Notes: generated from the sequence alone by a model not told the origin. A DNA stretch of 30,861 nucleotides from an uncultured bacterium (GCA_965371255.1 CBDUXS010000001.1:1-30861); one strand, 5' to 3'. Counted from the first letter of the stretch, positions 17,196-26,834 are shown. A program made the numbers and translations.

Positions 17196-17262
17196 GATGG
17201 CCTCCTGAGGGGTTGACAGGAAATATTTCACGGCCGGTAAGCGTCCGGCCTCTCGTTGGCAG

Positions 17263-17946
17263 CTAGCCTCCGTCGTCGATCTGTTCAAGCAGGTCAGCGG
17301 CAACCTCTCGCCAGGCATCTTGCGGCTCAAGCTCCAGAAAACGTGCGAGGTCACGCCGCGCCTCCTCAAGTCGTCCCAGACCACGGAGCGTAACTGCCCG
17401 GTTCAGATAGGGTGGGGCGACCAGGGAATCGAGTGCCACGCATCGGTCGAAATCGGCCAGTGCCTCCTCATATCGATTCAGCTCAAAGCGCAGCGTACCC
17501 CGGTTGAACAGCGCCGGGAAGAAATCGGGATCCAGCTCGAGCGCTCGGTCGAGATCGGCCAGCGCTTCAGTAGTTCGGCCGAACTGTCGGTAGATTTGTG
17601 CCCGGTTCGAGCGGAATCCGGGATCGGCTGGTAACAGCGTCACGGCACGCTCCGCATCGGCCAGCGCTTCCGAAATATCCCCAAGCTGGAGATGCAGACT
17701 GGCCCGCGCATCAAGGACATCCGCGCGGGCAGGATCGATCGCCAGGGCGGCGGCAAACGCTTGAAACGCCGTCTGATTCCGACCTTCGGCTACGGCTGTC
17801 AGGCCTGACCCGAAATGCTGGTCGGCCGCCGCAGCATTCGTCTGTCCGCCGGGCAACGCGGTTCGGGAAGCCTCCGTTGGCTTGCACCCTGAGACGAAGC
17901 TCGTCACGAGAATGAGCGCTGCCAGCCGACACACGCGCACGATCAT
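17263..17946 (-). CDS. TPR-repeat lipoprotein
   Basis: Signal peptide MIVRVCRLAALILVTSFVSGC, then about five TPR repeats (EALADLDRALELDP, EEALADFDRCVALD). ATG lies 5 nt after the cytochrome stop. Confidence 0.85.
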   Translation of the reverse strand: MIVRVCRLAALILVTSFVSGCKPTEASRTALPGGQTNAAAADQHFGSGLTAVAEGRNQTAFQAFAAALAIDPARADVLDARASLHLQLGDISEALADAERAVTLLPADPGFRSNRAQIYRQFGRTTEALADLDRALELDPDFFPALFNRGTLRFELNRYEEALADFDRCVALDSLVAPPYLNRAVTLRGLGRLEEARRDLARFLELEPQDAWREVAADLLEQIDDGG

Positions 17947-17951
17947 TCCCC

Positions 17952-20417
17952 TTAGTCGCCGGTCGCCGAAGCGGTGCCCCTGCGGTCGCGCGTGATCTCG
18001 GCCTCCTTGAGCAAACGGTTCATCAACTCGATGTGCTCCGCGTCCGTGAGCCTGCCGGGTTCTGCGAATTTCGTCCACAGCTCCGTATTCGTCATCTCGC
18101 GGTGGCATCCCATGCACAGACCGGTGCGAGTCAGGCGGTCACGCTCGTCTGCGGACAGGGCTCGCGACAGTGGCCAATGCGTTCCCACCGTTTGCACCTG
18201 ATTGCCCGCGCTGTCCACGATCGTGGACCAATCAAAGTCCAGCCCCTCGATCGATTCGATCTGCACCTGGTGGCGCTGCGGGATGACCTCGCCCGTCCTC
18301 TGGTCCACCAGGTCTGCGACGATCCTCTCCGCGTTTCGCGTCTGGAACACGCCGCCGGAAATCCCGAGTCCGAACGCCTTCGGATTGTTATGGCAGCTCT
18401 CACATGTGCGCGCCTTGCGTTGCGCCGAATGGGGCTGCACGGGTGCCATGTCGAGTGCGAGCGGAACGTGATCCTGGCCGGCCGCCCGGGCTTCGTCCTC
18501 CGACCGTGCGATCTTGTTCACCACAATAGCTTTACCATCCCGGCCGAATACCGTAAACACGACCTGGCAGCCAGGCATCAGCGGCGTAACTCGACCTTCG
18601 CCGTTGATACCAAGCACCGGCTCTTCCCAACGCAGGTAAGAGCGAGTCTCGAATACCTTGCCCGGGCTCTTGATCCCGGGAGTACCGAGCTGCGATTCCG
18701 CGGTCTGACCGTCCGTGGTGCGTTGCGATCCGGACGCGATCCAGTCCGTATCCGTATAGGCGTTCCCCTCGTCGTCCACGCCGTAGTTCACTTGCACGTG
18801 ACACCCATAGCACTGGGGCACCCACGAGGCGTGGCACGCGTAGCATTCCAGCTTTTCCGCGTGCGTTTTTACTCGGGCCATCGCGACTTCGGCATCGGGG
18901 CTCTTCCAGGTCCCATCTTCCGCTATCTTGCGGAGAACAGGGACCTTGAAATCCAACCCCGTGGCCGAGTGCAGGATCACATCATCTCCGTCCCGGACGA
19001 CGTTGCCGAACGGGTTGCCGCGTGCGGTGACCAGGTATCCATCGGGTGCATCATACAGCGTACCGTACACTCTGTGCTCGATGCCCGGATCGTCTACCAC
19101 GCCACGTGCTTCCGTCGGAAGATCACGTCCAAACTCCTCGCCGAACCCGAGTGGGAGATCCCACGGGTACGCTTCGGGCGTGCCGTGACAATCGGAGCAC
19201 TCGATCTCCACCTGCGCCAGCGTCGTGCCGAAGATATTCCCGTCGCCATGGAATTCGATCGAGGTGTGACAGTCCTGACAGAGCAGTCCACCTTTCGGGT
19301 TCTCTGGCCGACTCTCGATTTGATGGTGGAGGTCGTCCGAGATGAACAGATACTTCTTCGTGTGAAGCGCTGGTTGCTTGCCGCCGGTCTCCGTGAACGG
19401 GCTGCCGTACTCGAATTCCATCAGCCCTTGATACGTCACACCAATCCGCTTGCCGCGGTTGTGGCAGGAATTGCAGGATTCGACCGGAATACCGCCGCCG
19501 GCTTCCCGCGTCCCGTGAATCCTGTGCGAGAGCAAGTGACCCTGCTCTTCCCTGTCGATCGTCGGGTCGTTGCCCTCGTAATACCCTTCGTTGCCGTACA
19601 GGACATGGCACGCCGAGCACCCCATGCCTCGATAATCACCACGACGTTCCCGGCCACGCACGGCGACATGGCACCGCTGACACTGCTGGCGCTGATAGGT
19701 GAAGCCTGCGAGTTCGGGATTGCGTTCGACGTCCTCGACCGATGGATTCGGAAGCTGCTCGAGCTGGGTCGGGAACTGGTCGGGGTACGCCTCGATGAAC
19801 GCCGTCATGTAGGCCTTGTACGCATCTGACCCGACAGAGGGCGTCGGACCATCCTCGTCCACTACGTCATAGTTCCCCCATGGCACCTTGTAATCCTGTA
19901 CCTCCTGAATACCCCAGGTGTGGAGGTTCCCCTGGATCTTGCCGGCTTCCGTGTTCATGAGCGAACGCTCGAGCCGGTAGGTGTACCCGGCATGGCATCT
20001 CCCGCAGGTTCGATCAGCGATCCACAAGGCACCGGGATCCCGATAGAACTCGGTGGGCCCGGAGACGGCTAGTGCCTCAGGCGCGCCCTTATGCGCCTCC
20101 GCAACCGTGGTAGCAACTGGATCACCACCATGACAGACGACGCAGCCGCCCGGGTCACCGAACGCGTTTCCGATCGCCTTGAGCTGCACGAGCATCATGC
20201 TGCCGTCTTCCCGGATCGCTTCAATGCCCTCGTGACAGCTCAGGCACCCCATTTCCTGCGCTTGTTCGACCGTTGTGGTCATTTCTCGCAAGTCACGAGG
20301 CGCGGGCTGCTGCACCTCCACCGTTTCGCGCGATGATTCGCCTCCGCAAGCAGTGACGCCAGCGGCAGCCAACACCAGGATGAAGCGGCGGGCTCCGGCC
20401 TGATCTACGGACATCAT
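17952..20417 (-). CDS. Multiheme c-type cytochrome lipoprotein with 12 CxxCH motifs
   Basis: CLSCH, CVVCH, CGRCH, CQRCH, CSACH, CNSCH, CQDCH, CSDCH, CYACH, CYGCH, CESCH, CMGCH. Lipobox GVTAC. GGAGG RBS; ATG overlaps the porin stop. Confidence 0.93.
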   Translation of the reverse strand: MMSVDQAGARRFILVLAAAGVTACGGESSRETVEVQQPAPRDLREMTTTVEQAQEMGCLSCHEGIEAIREDGSMMLVQLKAIGNAFGDPGGCVVCHGGDPVATTVAEAHKGAPEALAVSGPTEFYRDPGALWIADRTCGRCHAGYTYRLERSLMNTEAGKIQGNLHTWGIQEVQDYKVPWGNYDVVDEDGPTPSVGSDAYKAYMTAFIEAYPDQFPTQLEQLPNPSVEDVERNPELAGFTYQRQQCQRCHVAVRGRERRGDYRGMGCSACHVLYGNEGYYEGNDPTIDREEQGHLLSHRIHGTREAGGGIPVESCNSCHNRGKRIGVTYQGLMEFEYGSPFTETGGKQPALHTKKYLFISDDLHHQIESRPENPKGGLLCQDCHTSIEFHGDGNIFGTTLAQVEIECSDCHGTPEAYPWDLPLGFGEEFGRDLPTEARGVVDDPGIEHRVYGTLYDAPDGYLVTARGNPFGNVVRDGDDVILHSATGLDFKVPVLRKIAEDGTWKSPDAEVAMARVKTHAEKLECYACHASWVPQCYGCHVQVNYGVDDEGNAYTDTDWIASGSQRTTDGQTAESQLGTPGIKSPGKVFETRSYLRWEEPVLGINGEGRVTPLMPGCQVVFTVFGRDGKAIVVNKIARSEDEARAAGQDHVPLALDMAPVQPHSAQRKARTCESCHNNPKAFGLGISGGVFQTRNAERIVADLVDQRTGEVIPQRHQVQIESIEGLDFDWSTIVDSAGNQVQTVGTHWPLSRALSADERDRLTRTGLCMGCHREMTNTELWTKFAEPGRLTDAEHIELMNRLLKEAEITRDRRGTASATGD

Positions 20418-21553
20418 TGCAACCTCCAATTGAAGTCGAGATCGAGACGCAAACGCTTCTGAAACTCATCTTCGCCTGGCTGCCTGCTCCACAACGTCCA
20501 CAGGCGCACCTTAGCGAATTCTTCAAACTTTACGGAGACTCCCGCAAGGTGGGCGATGTGGTTCGTGGCGTCCAGGAAATCGTCTTGCACGACGGCTGAG
20601 AATACCGACTCCTGACCGACGTCCTGATAGCGGTACTCCAGGGACCAGCTACCGACGCTACCGAGGCCACCCAGTGTCGCGCCGAGGGCGATCGCATCAT
20701 CGTCCAGGCCGTCCGCCGCCGATCCGTTCACCACGTATTCGGCCGACACCCGAATCGGAAATCTGAACCCGGAATAGGTGACTGCCCCATGCGCGTGGAT
20801 CACGTCGAAGTCTGACGCGAACCCGATCGGATCGCCGTCTGCGTCCAGGACCAGTTGGTTCCCCTGGTTCTGATCGGCAAACGCCTCAGTCGCCGAGGCG
20901 TCGAAATCTCCGTAGAAATAGCCGCCGAGTGCCGCATCTATGCGTACGTCGTCCGCTGGCTTGAGCCGCGTGGCGGCCTGGACCGCGAAGTAATTCACGT
21001 CCGAGTCGTTGCCGCGCGTCAACAGGAAGAAGCCGCCCGCTGTCAACCGCAACTCAGGCACCGGTTCGAAAACTGCCGCAATTCCCTCCGGATGCACGTC
21101 GGCGTCCCACACCATTTCCGAATAGCCGCCCGGCATGCGCAGAGGATTCTGGAATTTTCCGCCCCACAGCGTCAGTCCGGCGTCATTCGGTACGTCCCAT
21201 CGGACATACGCACGGTCAAACGCGAACCGGGCGCGCTGGAAACCCTGGCCGAAGTCGATGTACGGTGAATTCGGGTCCTTCGGGTTGGGCTCCGTGGCCA
21301 GCCTCGCACCGACCTTGAAGCCGTCACCCAGCGCGCCCTCGGCCCCGATACGGAGGCGTAACCGCATCCGTTCCCGATCCGGGTTTGACCGACGGTCACG
21401 ATCCATGGCGCCGCGAAGCCTCAGGTCGCCGAACAAGATCCAGCTCTGTTCGTCTCCCCGGGTTTCCTGTGCCGTGCTTGGAAGCGGAAAGGTAAGAAGG
21501 AAGGCTGTGGTCATGCCGAGCGATGTGGCGAACAGCTGCGCCAGGCGGTTCAT
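20414..21553 (-). CDS. Outer-membrane beta-barrel, putative porin
   Basis: Signal peptide, then GDLRLRG...RERMRLRLRIG, FDRAYVRW, WGGKFQNP, WDADVHPEG, alternating amphipathic strands and terminal RLRLDLDFNW. Pattern resembles the putative porin (Porin_5-like) family. Confidence 0.85.
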   Translation of the reverse strand: MNRLAQLFATSLGMTTAFLLTFPLPSTAQETRGDEQSWILFGDLRLRGAMDRDRRSNPDRERMRLRLRIGAEGALGDGFKVGARLATEPNPKDPNSPYIDFGQGFQRARFAFDRAYVRWDVPNDAGLTLWGGKFQNPLRMPGGYSEMVWDADVHPEGIAAVFEPVPELRLTAGGFFLLTRGNDSDVNYFAVQAATRLKPADDVRIDAALGGYFYGDFDASATEAFADQNQGNQLVLDADGDPIGFASDFDVIHAHGAVTYSGFRFPIRVSAEYVVNGSAADGLDDDAIALGATLGGLGSVGSWSLEYRYQDVGQESVFSAVVQDDFLDATNHIAHLAGVSVKFEEFAKVRLWTLWSRQPGEDEFQKRLRLDLDFNWRLQ

Positions 21554-21665
21554 TCCAATCGTCTCAGCGTTTTATCGTGTCCGGGCGGCTGCATCGGCCA
21601 GCTGCCCGGGAATTGTTTGAGCAATGGTGATGGCGAGCACAATAAGCGATACGTCGATCTTTTTT

Positions 21666-21694
21666 ACTATATGTCGGGAGAACGAGTCTAACAA
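21666..21694 (-). promoter_or_regulatory. sigma70-type promoter for the porin-cytochrome-TPR operon
   Basis: Minus strand TTGTTA (21694-21689), 17-nt spacer, TATAGT (21671-21666), about 110 nt upstream of the porin ATG. Confidence 0.6.
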
Positions 21695-21832
21695 GGACCG
21701 TAGGGGCCGGCCACCGGATTCAGGTACTTCGGAAGCCCCGTCCGATGCGCCTCCACGCAGCCGATCGCAAGGTCCGGCAGCATTGCCCCAGAAACGAAGC
21801 AAGCGTCGGCGTCATGCGCGTGATCGGTCTGT

Positions 21833-23038
21833 TCACCAGGTTACCCCGGCAACGGCGATCTCACCTGTTTCGAGTTCGAAGAAGCCCCAGGCCTCCGAAT
21901 CGCCAAACACATGCGGTGTGAATAGCCTGGGAAGCAAAACTCCGCCACGAGGAGTCCCGTCCGGCGCGTAGGATTCCCAACGGCGATGTGACAGTTGTCG
22001 ATCAGGCAGCCGGAATAGAATGGCGGCGTGAATGTCCGGTATCTCCGGACCCGTAGTGCGAACCCAGAGGTCGCCAGTCGTGCCGAAAGTCAATCGCGTG
22101 AAGCTGGGGTGAAATTCGTTGACCTCTTGCTCTCGGAAAATATCGGTCAGTGCATCGCGAAACTGAGGACGAAGCTCATCTAGATTCGGGATTTCTGTCA
22201 CGGAAGCCCCGCGAATCCCACTTCCAACGGCCTGACGCTCCCGACGCCGGCAAACCTTCGTTACCGCGGAGGCGTCCAGTTCCCCGAGCGTGAAGCAGTA
22301 CTCCAACCCGTTGCCCTGGGCGATACGACCCATGCGACCGACAGCGACAACAGCCCGCGCTGGAAATGTCTCGCGGTAGGCGATTACGCCGCCAACTTCG
22401 AACCACACGCCGTCGTCCCATTCACGCCGGACCGCCGAACTGTCTGTCATCAGACTTTCCCAAATCAGGGCCAGGCGAGTGGGCTCATCGATGCGAACAT
22501 TCTGGGATGCAAAGCGGAGAACTCCGCCGTCCAGAAATCGCAGTTCATCGGGCTCCCGCAGGATATTCACGTAGTCATCTGGCCAGTTAAGCCGGTGCGT
22601 GCCCACAACCTCCCCGTCGAGGGTCACGATTTCCTGACGGAGGTTCCTGGCGTCGAGGACGATGATGCTGTCTCCCAAAGAGCCCAGAGCAGACACCATC
22701 CCAAATTCCTTCGGACCCTCGCCGGCCCGGCCGACAGATCGAAGGTAAGAACCGTCGTCGGTCAACATGTGAAGATGCGGACTGTCGCCGATGACCAGCG
22801 TATTGCCGACGCGGATCATCGAATTGGGGCGCGCGAGCGAGTCGCTCTTCCAGATGATTTCGACCGAATCCACCTGAATTTCAGCCGCCTCGTACTCGGC
22901 GCGGATGGACACGAAGGTTGTGTCGCCAATCCTTTCGCGGGTGACCGTTTCGGGGACGTCGCCGGACGGCGTGCAGGCGGCCAGCAGCGCGATCACCGCG
23001 AGAGTGAAATGAACCGAAACTCTAGTAGGCATCGTCAC
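21833..23038 (-). CDS. Lipoprotein with probable 6-bladed beta-propeller
   Basis: Lipobox LLAAC; LRSVGRAGEGPKEFG, IIVLDARN and DLWVR repeats typical of 6-bladed propeller / NHL-like proteins. Start at 23038 or 23032. Confidence 0.8.
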   Translation of the reverse strand: MTMPTRVSVHFTLAVIALLAACTPSGDVPETVTRERIGDTTFVSIRAEYEAAEIQVDSVEIIWKSDSLARPNSMIRVGNTLVIGDSPHLHMLTDDGSYLRSVGRAGEGPKEFGMVSALGSLGDSIIVLDARNLRQEIVTLDGEVVGTHRLNWPDDYVNILREPDELRFLDGGVLRFASQNVRIDEPTRLALIWESLMTDSSAVRREWDDGVWFEVGGVIAYRETFPARAVVAVGRMGRIAQGNGLEYCFTLGELDASAVTKVCRRRERQAVGSGIRGASVTEIPNLDELRPQFRDALTDIFREQEVNEFHPSFTRLTFGTTGDLWVRTTGPEIPDIHAAILFRLPDRQLSHRRWESYAPDGTPRGGVLLPRLFTPHVFGDSEAWGFFELETGEIAVAGVTW

Positions 23039-23178
23039 TCCGACGTGGCGCTCTCGGTCGACGAAGAGCCGGCAGGCTCCTGTCGTTCGAATTACCGCGT
23101 GTGTCCAAGTAACCAGTGTGACGGATCAATGCGGGGCACCGCGACGGTAAAACTAGACAAGCACAGTGCGGAGCGCAC

Positions 23179-24276
23179 CTAACGGGATCCAGGCGGCAGG
23201 CCACCCACGGCATCGAGCAGGCGGCCGAACAGCCATGGCTGGGCGTTGAGAAGGCGTACCATCGCGGTCCGGGTCGCCCGGCGCCGGACGAGCATCAGTA
23301 CTGGTTCCACGGTGGCGCGGTACCGGCGAATCAGCCGGCGATACGCGCGTTCGTACTCGTCCAAGGATTCGTCCTTCCGAATGACGTCCACGAGCGCGGT
23401 GGCGGCGGCGAAGCTCAGGTCGAGACCCTGCCCGGTCAGCGCGTCGATGTAACCCGCCGCATCACCGACCAGGGCCACGCGGCCGGCGAAGCGCCGGCGG
23501 ACGCGCTGCCGAAACGGGCCCGCGCCCAGGGGGACGTCCAGCCCCGTGGCCGTGGCGAGTCGTTCCTGCAGGGCCGGAAACCTGCCGAGCAGCACCTCGA
23601 ACGAGGTATCGCCCTCGACCTGCCCGAACAGCAGAGCAACGCCGATCGTGTCCGGACCGACGGGCGTGACATACGCCTCGACGGAGTCTGCCAGGTGGAC
23701 CTCGACGAGATCCGTCCACAGAGATACGGAGTAGTGTCGCCTCACCCCGAATCGATGCGGCAGCCGTCTCACCCTTCCCGGTTGCATTTCAAGGCCCAAT
23801 TCGCGCCGCATTCGGCTGTGGAGACCATCCGCGGCAATCAGATACCGGCCGCGCAAAGTCGACTCCGACGTACGCACGGACACGGACGCACCATCGTCCT
23901 TCCAGCTCTTTACCGGACAGCCAAGCCGGATCTCGACGCCGAGGTCGGCGGCACGCGACCGCAGCGCAGTTGAGAGCGTCGTCCGGAGTGCGCCCAACCC
24001 CGCTCCCCGCCGGAACCGGCCCTCCGCGGACCTCCGGCCATCCAGGTACCGGATGCCGTGATATTGCCGAGACTCCTGCGGGGCCAGCGTCACCCCCATC
24101 GCCTCCATATTTGCGACGGCTCGCGGCATCAGACCCTCACCGCAGGCCTTGTCGAGGTCTCCGCGGCGGCGCTCCAGGACCACCGTATCCTGGCCGGCCA
24201 GCGCCGCCCGGATCGCCGTCGCCAGGCCCGCTGGACCAGCGCCCGCGATGATCAGATCGAACGACGTGCGGCTCAT
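23179..24276 (-). CDS. NAD(P)/FAD-dependent oxidoreductase (flavin monooxygenase; SrsC/FtpE-like)
   Basis: IAGAGPAGLATA, KACGEGL, LIAADGLHS, LVGDAAGYIDALTGQGL. ATG at 24276 overlaps the FAAL stop. Confidence 0.9.
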   Translation of the reverse strand: MSRTSFDLIIAGAGPAGLATAIRAALAGQDTVVLERRRGDLDKACGEGLMPRAVANMEAMGVTLAPQESRQYHGIRYLDGRRSAEGRFRRGAGLGALRTTLSTALRSRAADLGVEIRLGCPVKSWKDDGASVSVRTSESTLRGRYLIAADGLHSRMRRELGLEMQPGRVRRLPHRFGVRRHYSVSLWTDLVEVHLADSVEAYVTPVGPDTIGVALLFGQVEGDTSFEVLLGRFPALQERLATATGLDVPLGAGPFRQRVRRRFAGRVALVGDAAGYIDALTGQGLDLSFAAATALVDVIRKDESLDEYERAYRRLIRRYRATVEPVLMLVRRRATRTAMVRLLNAQPWLFGRLLDAVGGLPPGSR

Positions 24277-26021
24277 CGGGCTACGGACCCACGCAACCGG
24301 ACGAGCGCCAGTCCGGATCGCATCATTTCGCGGACGAGACTGAATACCGATGGGCGATCCGGCGGCGAAAGGGCGTCCAGTAAATACCGGCGGCGTGCCT
24401 CCAGTCGACGAATCTTGCCGCTCGACGTCCGCGGGAGGGTGCCCGGTTCCAGAATCACGACGCAATCCGGCACGAGACCCGTGTGTGCGACGATGCGACG
24501 ATGGGCGCTGCGGGCCAGTTCCTGGTCCCCGGCGGTCGGCTCGCCCCGCGATCTCTCCAGCAGCACGACCAGTCTTTCCCCACGCTCATCACTGCCGGGA
24601 ACACCGAGCGCGGCTACACACCCGGGACGTGCTCCCGGCAGCCGGTCGAGCGCATGCTCAACAACCTGGGGCGCGTGCTTCTCACCGTGGAGGATGAGTA
24701 CGTCCTTTGCTCGACCGTACAGGAAGAACTCTCCCCCCCGGAGAAAGCCCATGTCTCCCGTGTCCAGCCAGGTACCAGATGGCCCGTCCGGGGCGATGAT
24801 CGAGGGCCCCCGGACGAGGACGCGACCAAGCCTGCCGTCCTCGGCTTCCGCACCGGCGTCATCGCGAATCTGGAGTTGGATGCCGGGAAGCGGCCGACCC
24901 ACTCCGACCAGCGTAACACCCACGCCGTTTGCCGGCCGGGCGACCCCGTCCCGGGCCAGCGCGTCCGCGTCGAAGGTGCCCTCCGTGAACCGACGGGCCG
25001 GGTCGGAGAACGTCACGGCGAGCGTAGCCTCCGCGAGGCCGTAAACGGGCGTGAGCGCCTCCGGCCGGAATCCGAACCGGCCGAAACGCTCGGCGAATCG
25101 GTGCAGAGCACCCGCCGTGACGGGCTCCGCACCGTTCAGGGCCACCATCCAGTTCGACAGATCGTGCCCTTTCAGTTCTTCGTCGCTCACACGATCGGCG
25201 CACAATGAATAGGCAAAATTCGGCGCGCCGCTGACCGTGCCCCGGTAACGTGACATGGCTCGCAGCCAGATCCCTGGCCGGGCGACAAACAGTTCGGGCG
25301 GGATCAAGGTCAATTCGGCCGGGTGGGCGAGGGACGTCAGAACGCTTCCGATCAGGCCCATGTCGTGGTAGAGGGGCAGCCAGCTGACGGCTGCGTGCCG
25401 ACGGCCGTCCAACTCCGGCCATGCATCCAGCAGCCGGTTTCGGATCGCCCGAACATTCTCGCTTACGGCGCGGTGTGTGAGCGCAATGGGCCGTGGAATC
25501 CCGGTCGTTCCCGACGAATGCTGGATGAACGCCACCTGGTCCGGATCCGCCACAAATGGCTCCATCGGCTCGACCGTCCCGCCCCTGCGCCGCAGCCCGT
25601 TCACGGTGCGCAGACCCAGCGGGGGCTCCGCCGCCGCGACGGAGCGTCCGATGATCCCTGCGGTCCGTGCGTCCGCCAGTACGATGCGTGTTCCGCAGCC
25701 GCGCAGCAGGTCGGCCGTCCGGGCAACGTATTCGCCGAGCCGATCGAGCCGGACCGGTGGATACAGGGGCACCGGCACCGCGCCGATGGTCACGGCGCCA
25801 AAGAAGGCGTCGTAGAACTCGGGGCTGGTCGGCAGGACGATCGCGACCCGGTCGCCCGGCCGGACTCCGAGTGAGCGCAAAGCCGCGCCCGTGCGAACCG
25901 CCCGCTCCAAGAGTTCGGCGTACGGAACCACTGTCCCCCGCTCGTCCCGGTCGAGGAATCGTACACCGAGGCTGGAGCCGGCAGCTCGCACAAGCAGATC
26001 GAGCAAGGTCACATCAGTCAT
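24273..26021 (-). CDS. Fatty acyl-AMP ligase (FAAL)
   Basis: QHSSGTTG, SWLPLYHDMGLIG, SGAPNFAY, NGAEPV, YGLAEATLAV followed by the FAAL-type insertion, WLDTGDMG, PRTSSGKIRR. Confidence 0.92.
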   Translation of the reverse strand: MTDVTLLDLLVRAAGSSLGVRFLDRDERGTVVPYAELLERAVRTGAALRSLGVRPGDRVAIVLPTSPEFYDAFFGAVTIGAVPVPLYPPVRLDRLGEYVARTADLLRGCGTRIVLADARTAGIIGRSVAAAEPPLGLRTVNGLRRRGGTVEPMEPFVADPDQVAFIQHSSGTTGIPRPIALTHRAVSENVRAIRNRLLDAWPELDGRRHAAVSWLPLYHDMGLIGSVLTSLAHPAELTLIPPELFVARPGIWLRAMSRYRGTVSGAPNFAYSLCADRVSDEELKGHDLSNWMVALNGAEPVTAGALHRFAERFGRFGFRPEALTPVYGLAEATLAVTFSDPARRFTEGTFDADALARDGVARPANGVGVTLVGVGRPLPGIQLQIRDDAGAEAEDGRLGRVLVRGPSIIAPDGPSGTWLDTGDMGFLRGGEFFLYGRAKDVLILHGEKHAPQVVEHALDRLPGARPGCVAALGVPGSDERGERLVVLLERSRGEPTAGDQELARSAHRRIVAHTGLVPDCVVILEPGTLPRTSSGKIRRLEARRRYLLDALSPPDRPSVFSLVREMMRSGLALVRLRGSVAR

Positions 26022-26265
26022 GCGTGACATCAGCCAGGCGCTCTCGAATCACATCGACGAAGTCGCCGACGAGGTCGATCCGCTCTTCGTCCTCGGGCCT
26101 AAGCAGAACCCGGAACCGATTCTCCACCCCGATTACGAGCGCGATGCGCTGCAGGGAATCGAGGTCCAGATCCTCACGCACGTGCATCTCGGGAGACACG
26201 ATGCGCTCGACCTCGAGCTCGTCGAGCACCGCCCGGATTCCGTCGAGGATCTGCTCGTCCGTCAT
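26014..26265 (-). CDS. Acyl carrier protein
   Basis: 83 aa, acidic, EDLDLDSL phosphopantetheinylation motif; overlaps both neighbours. Confidence 0.92.
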   Translation of the reverse strand: MTDEQILDGIRAVLDELEVERIVSPEMHVREDLDLDSLQRIALVIGVENRFRVLLRPEDEERIDLVGDFVDVIRERLADVTHD

Positions 26266-26834
26266 CGCGCGCCCTCCCGAGTAGGAACGAAGCGGCGGCG
26301 GCCGGACAGCCGATCCGTGTAATCGGAGTACTCCGCGAGCGCCGCCTCTTCACACCGGATGCGCACGAACAGCAGAACCGCGTTGAGTGCCGTGAACACG
26401 AGTGCGGTGAGCCAAGCTGTGTGCACGAGGGGAATGGCGACCCCTTCGAGAACCACGGCGAGATAATTCGGGTGCCGAACAAACCGGTACGGACCTCCAG
26501 TGATCGCCGGTTCTCCAGGAATTACCACGACCCGCACGTTCCAGCGGCGACCCAACGTCAGGATCGCCGCGTACCGCAGCGCCACCGCCGAGAGAACAAT
26601 TGCAAGCATCGGAAATCCAAGAGCCGGGACGAACGGCCGGCCGAGTCCCCAGACCTCGAGAGCACAGGCAGGCAGGAAGAGGGCGTGGAGGAGGGTCATC
26701 CACCGGAAATGCCGCCGGCCGAATTCCAGGCCGCCGCGATCCAGAGCCCATGCCACATTTCGGCGGCTCAGCCGGACTTCGATCAGCCGCTCCGCCGCGA
26801 TCACGGCCAGGAATCCGAAGTATGCGATTACCAT
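26262..26834 (-). CDS. Isoprenylcysteine carboxyl methyltransferase family protein (alkylresorcinol/pyrone O-methyltransferase; SrsB/BpsB-like)
   Basis: ERLIEVRLSRRN, LGRRWNVRV, TGGPYRFVRHPNY, RIRCEEAAL. ATG overlaps the PKS stop. Confidence 0.9.
   Translation of the reverse strand: MVIAYFGFLAVIAAERLIEVRLSRRNVAWALDRGGLEFGRRHFRWMTLLHALFLPACALEVWGLGRPFVPALGFPMLAIVLSAVALRYAAILTLGRRWNVRVVVIPGEPAITGGPYRFVRHPNYLAVVLEGVAIPLVHTAWLTALVFTALNAVLLFVRIRCEEAALAEYSDYTDRLSGRRRFVPTREGAR

Noticed and set aside
17214-17231. Possible Rex box (GAAATATTTCAC core) and a plus-strand TTGACA
   Set aside because: Only about 12/18 match to TTGTGAA-N4-TTCACAA with a poor left arm; the TTGACA has no matching -10 and no gene downstream on that strand.
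17952-20417. Possible selenocysteine/recoding or non-canonical heme motifs in the cytochrome
   Set aside because: The frame is continuous with no internal TGA, and all paired Cys are standard CxxCH.
21572-21802. 76-aa minus-strand ORF upstream of the porin
   Set aside because: It spans the predicted promoter, has no RBS or recognisable content, and is likely non-coding.
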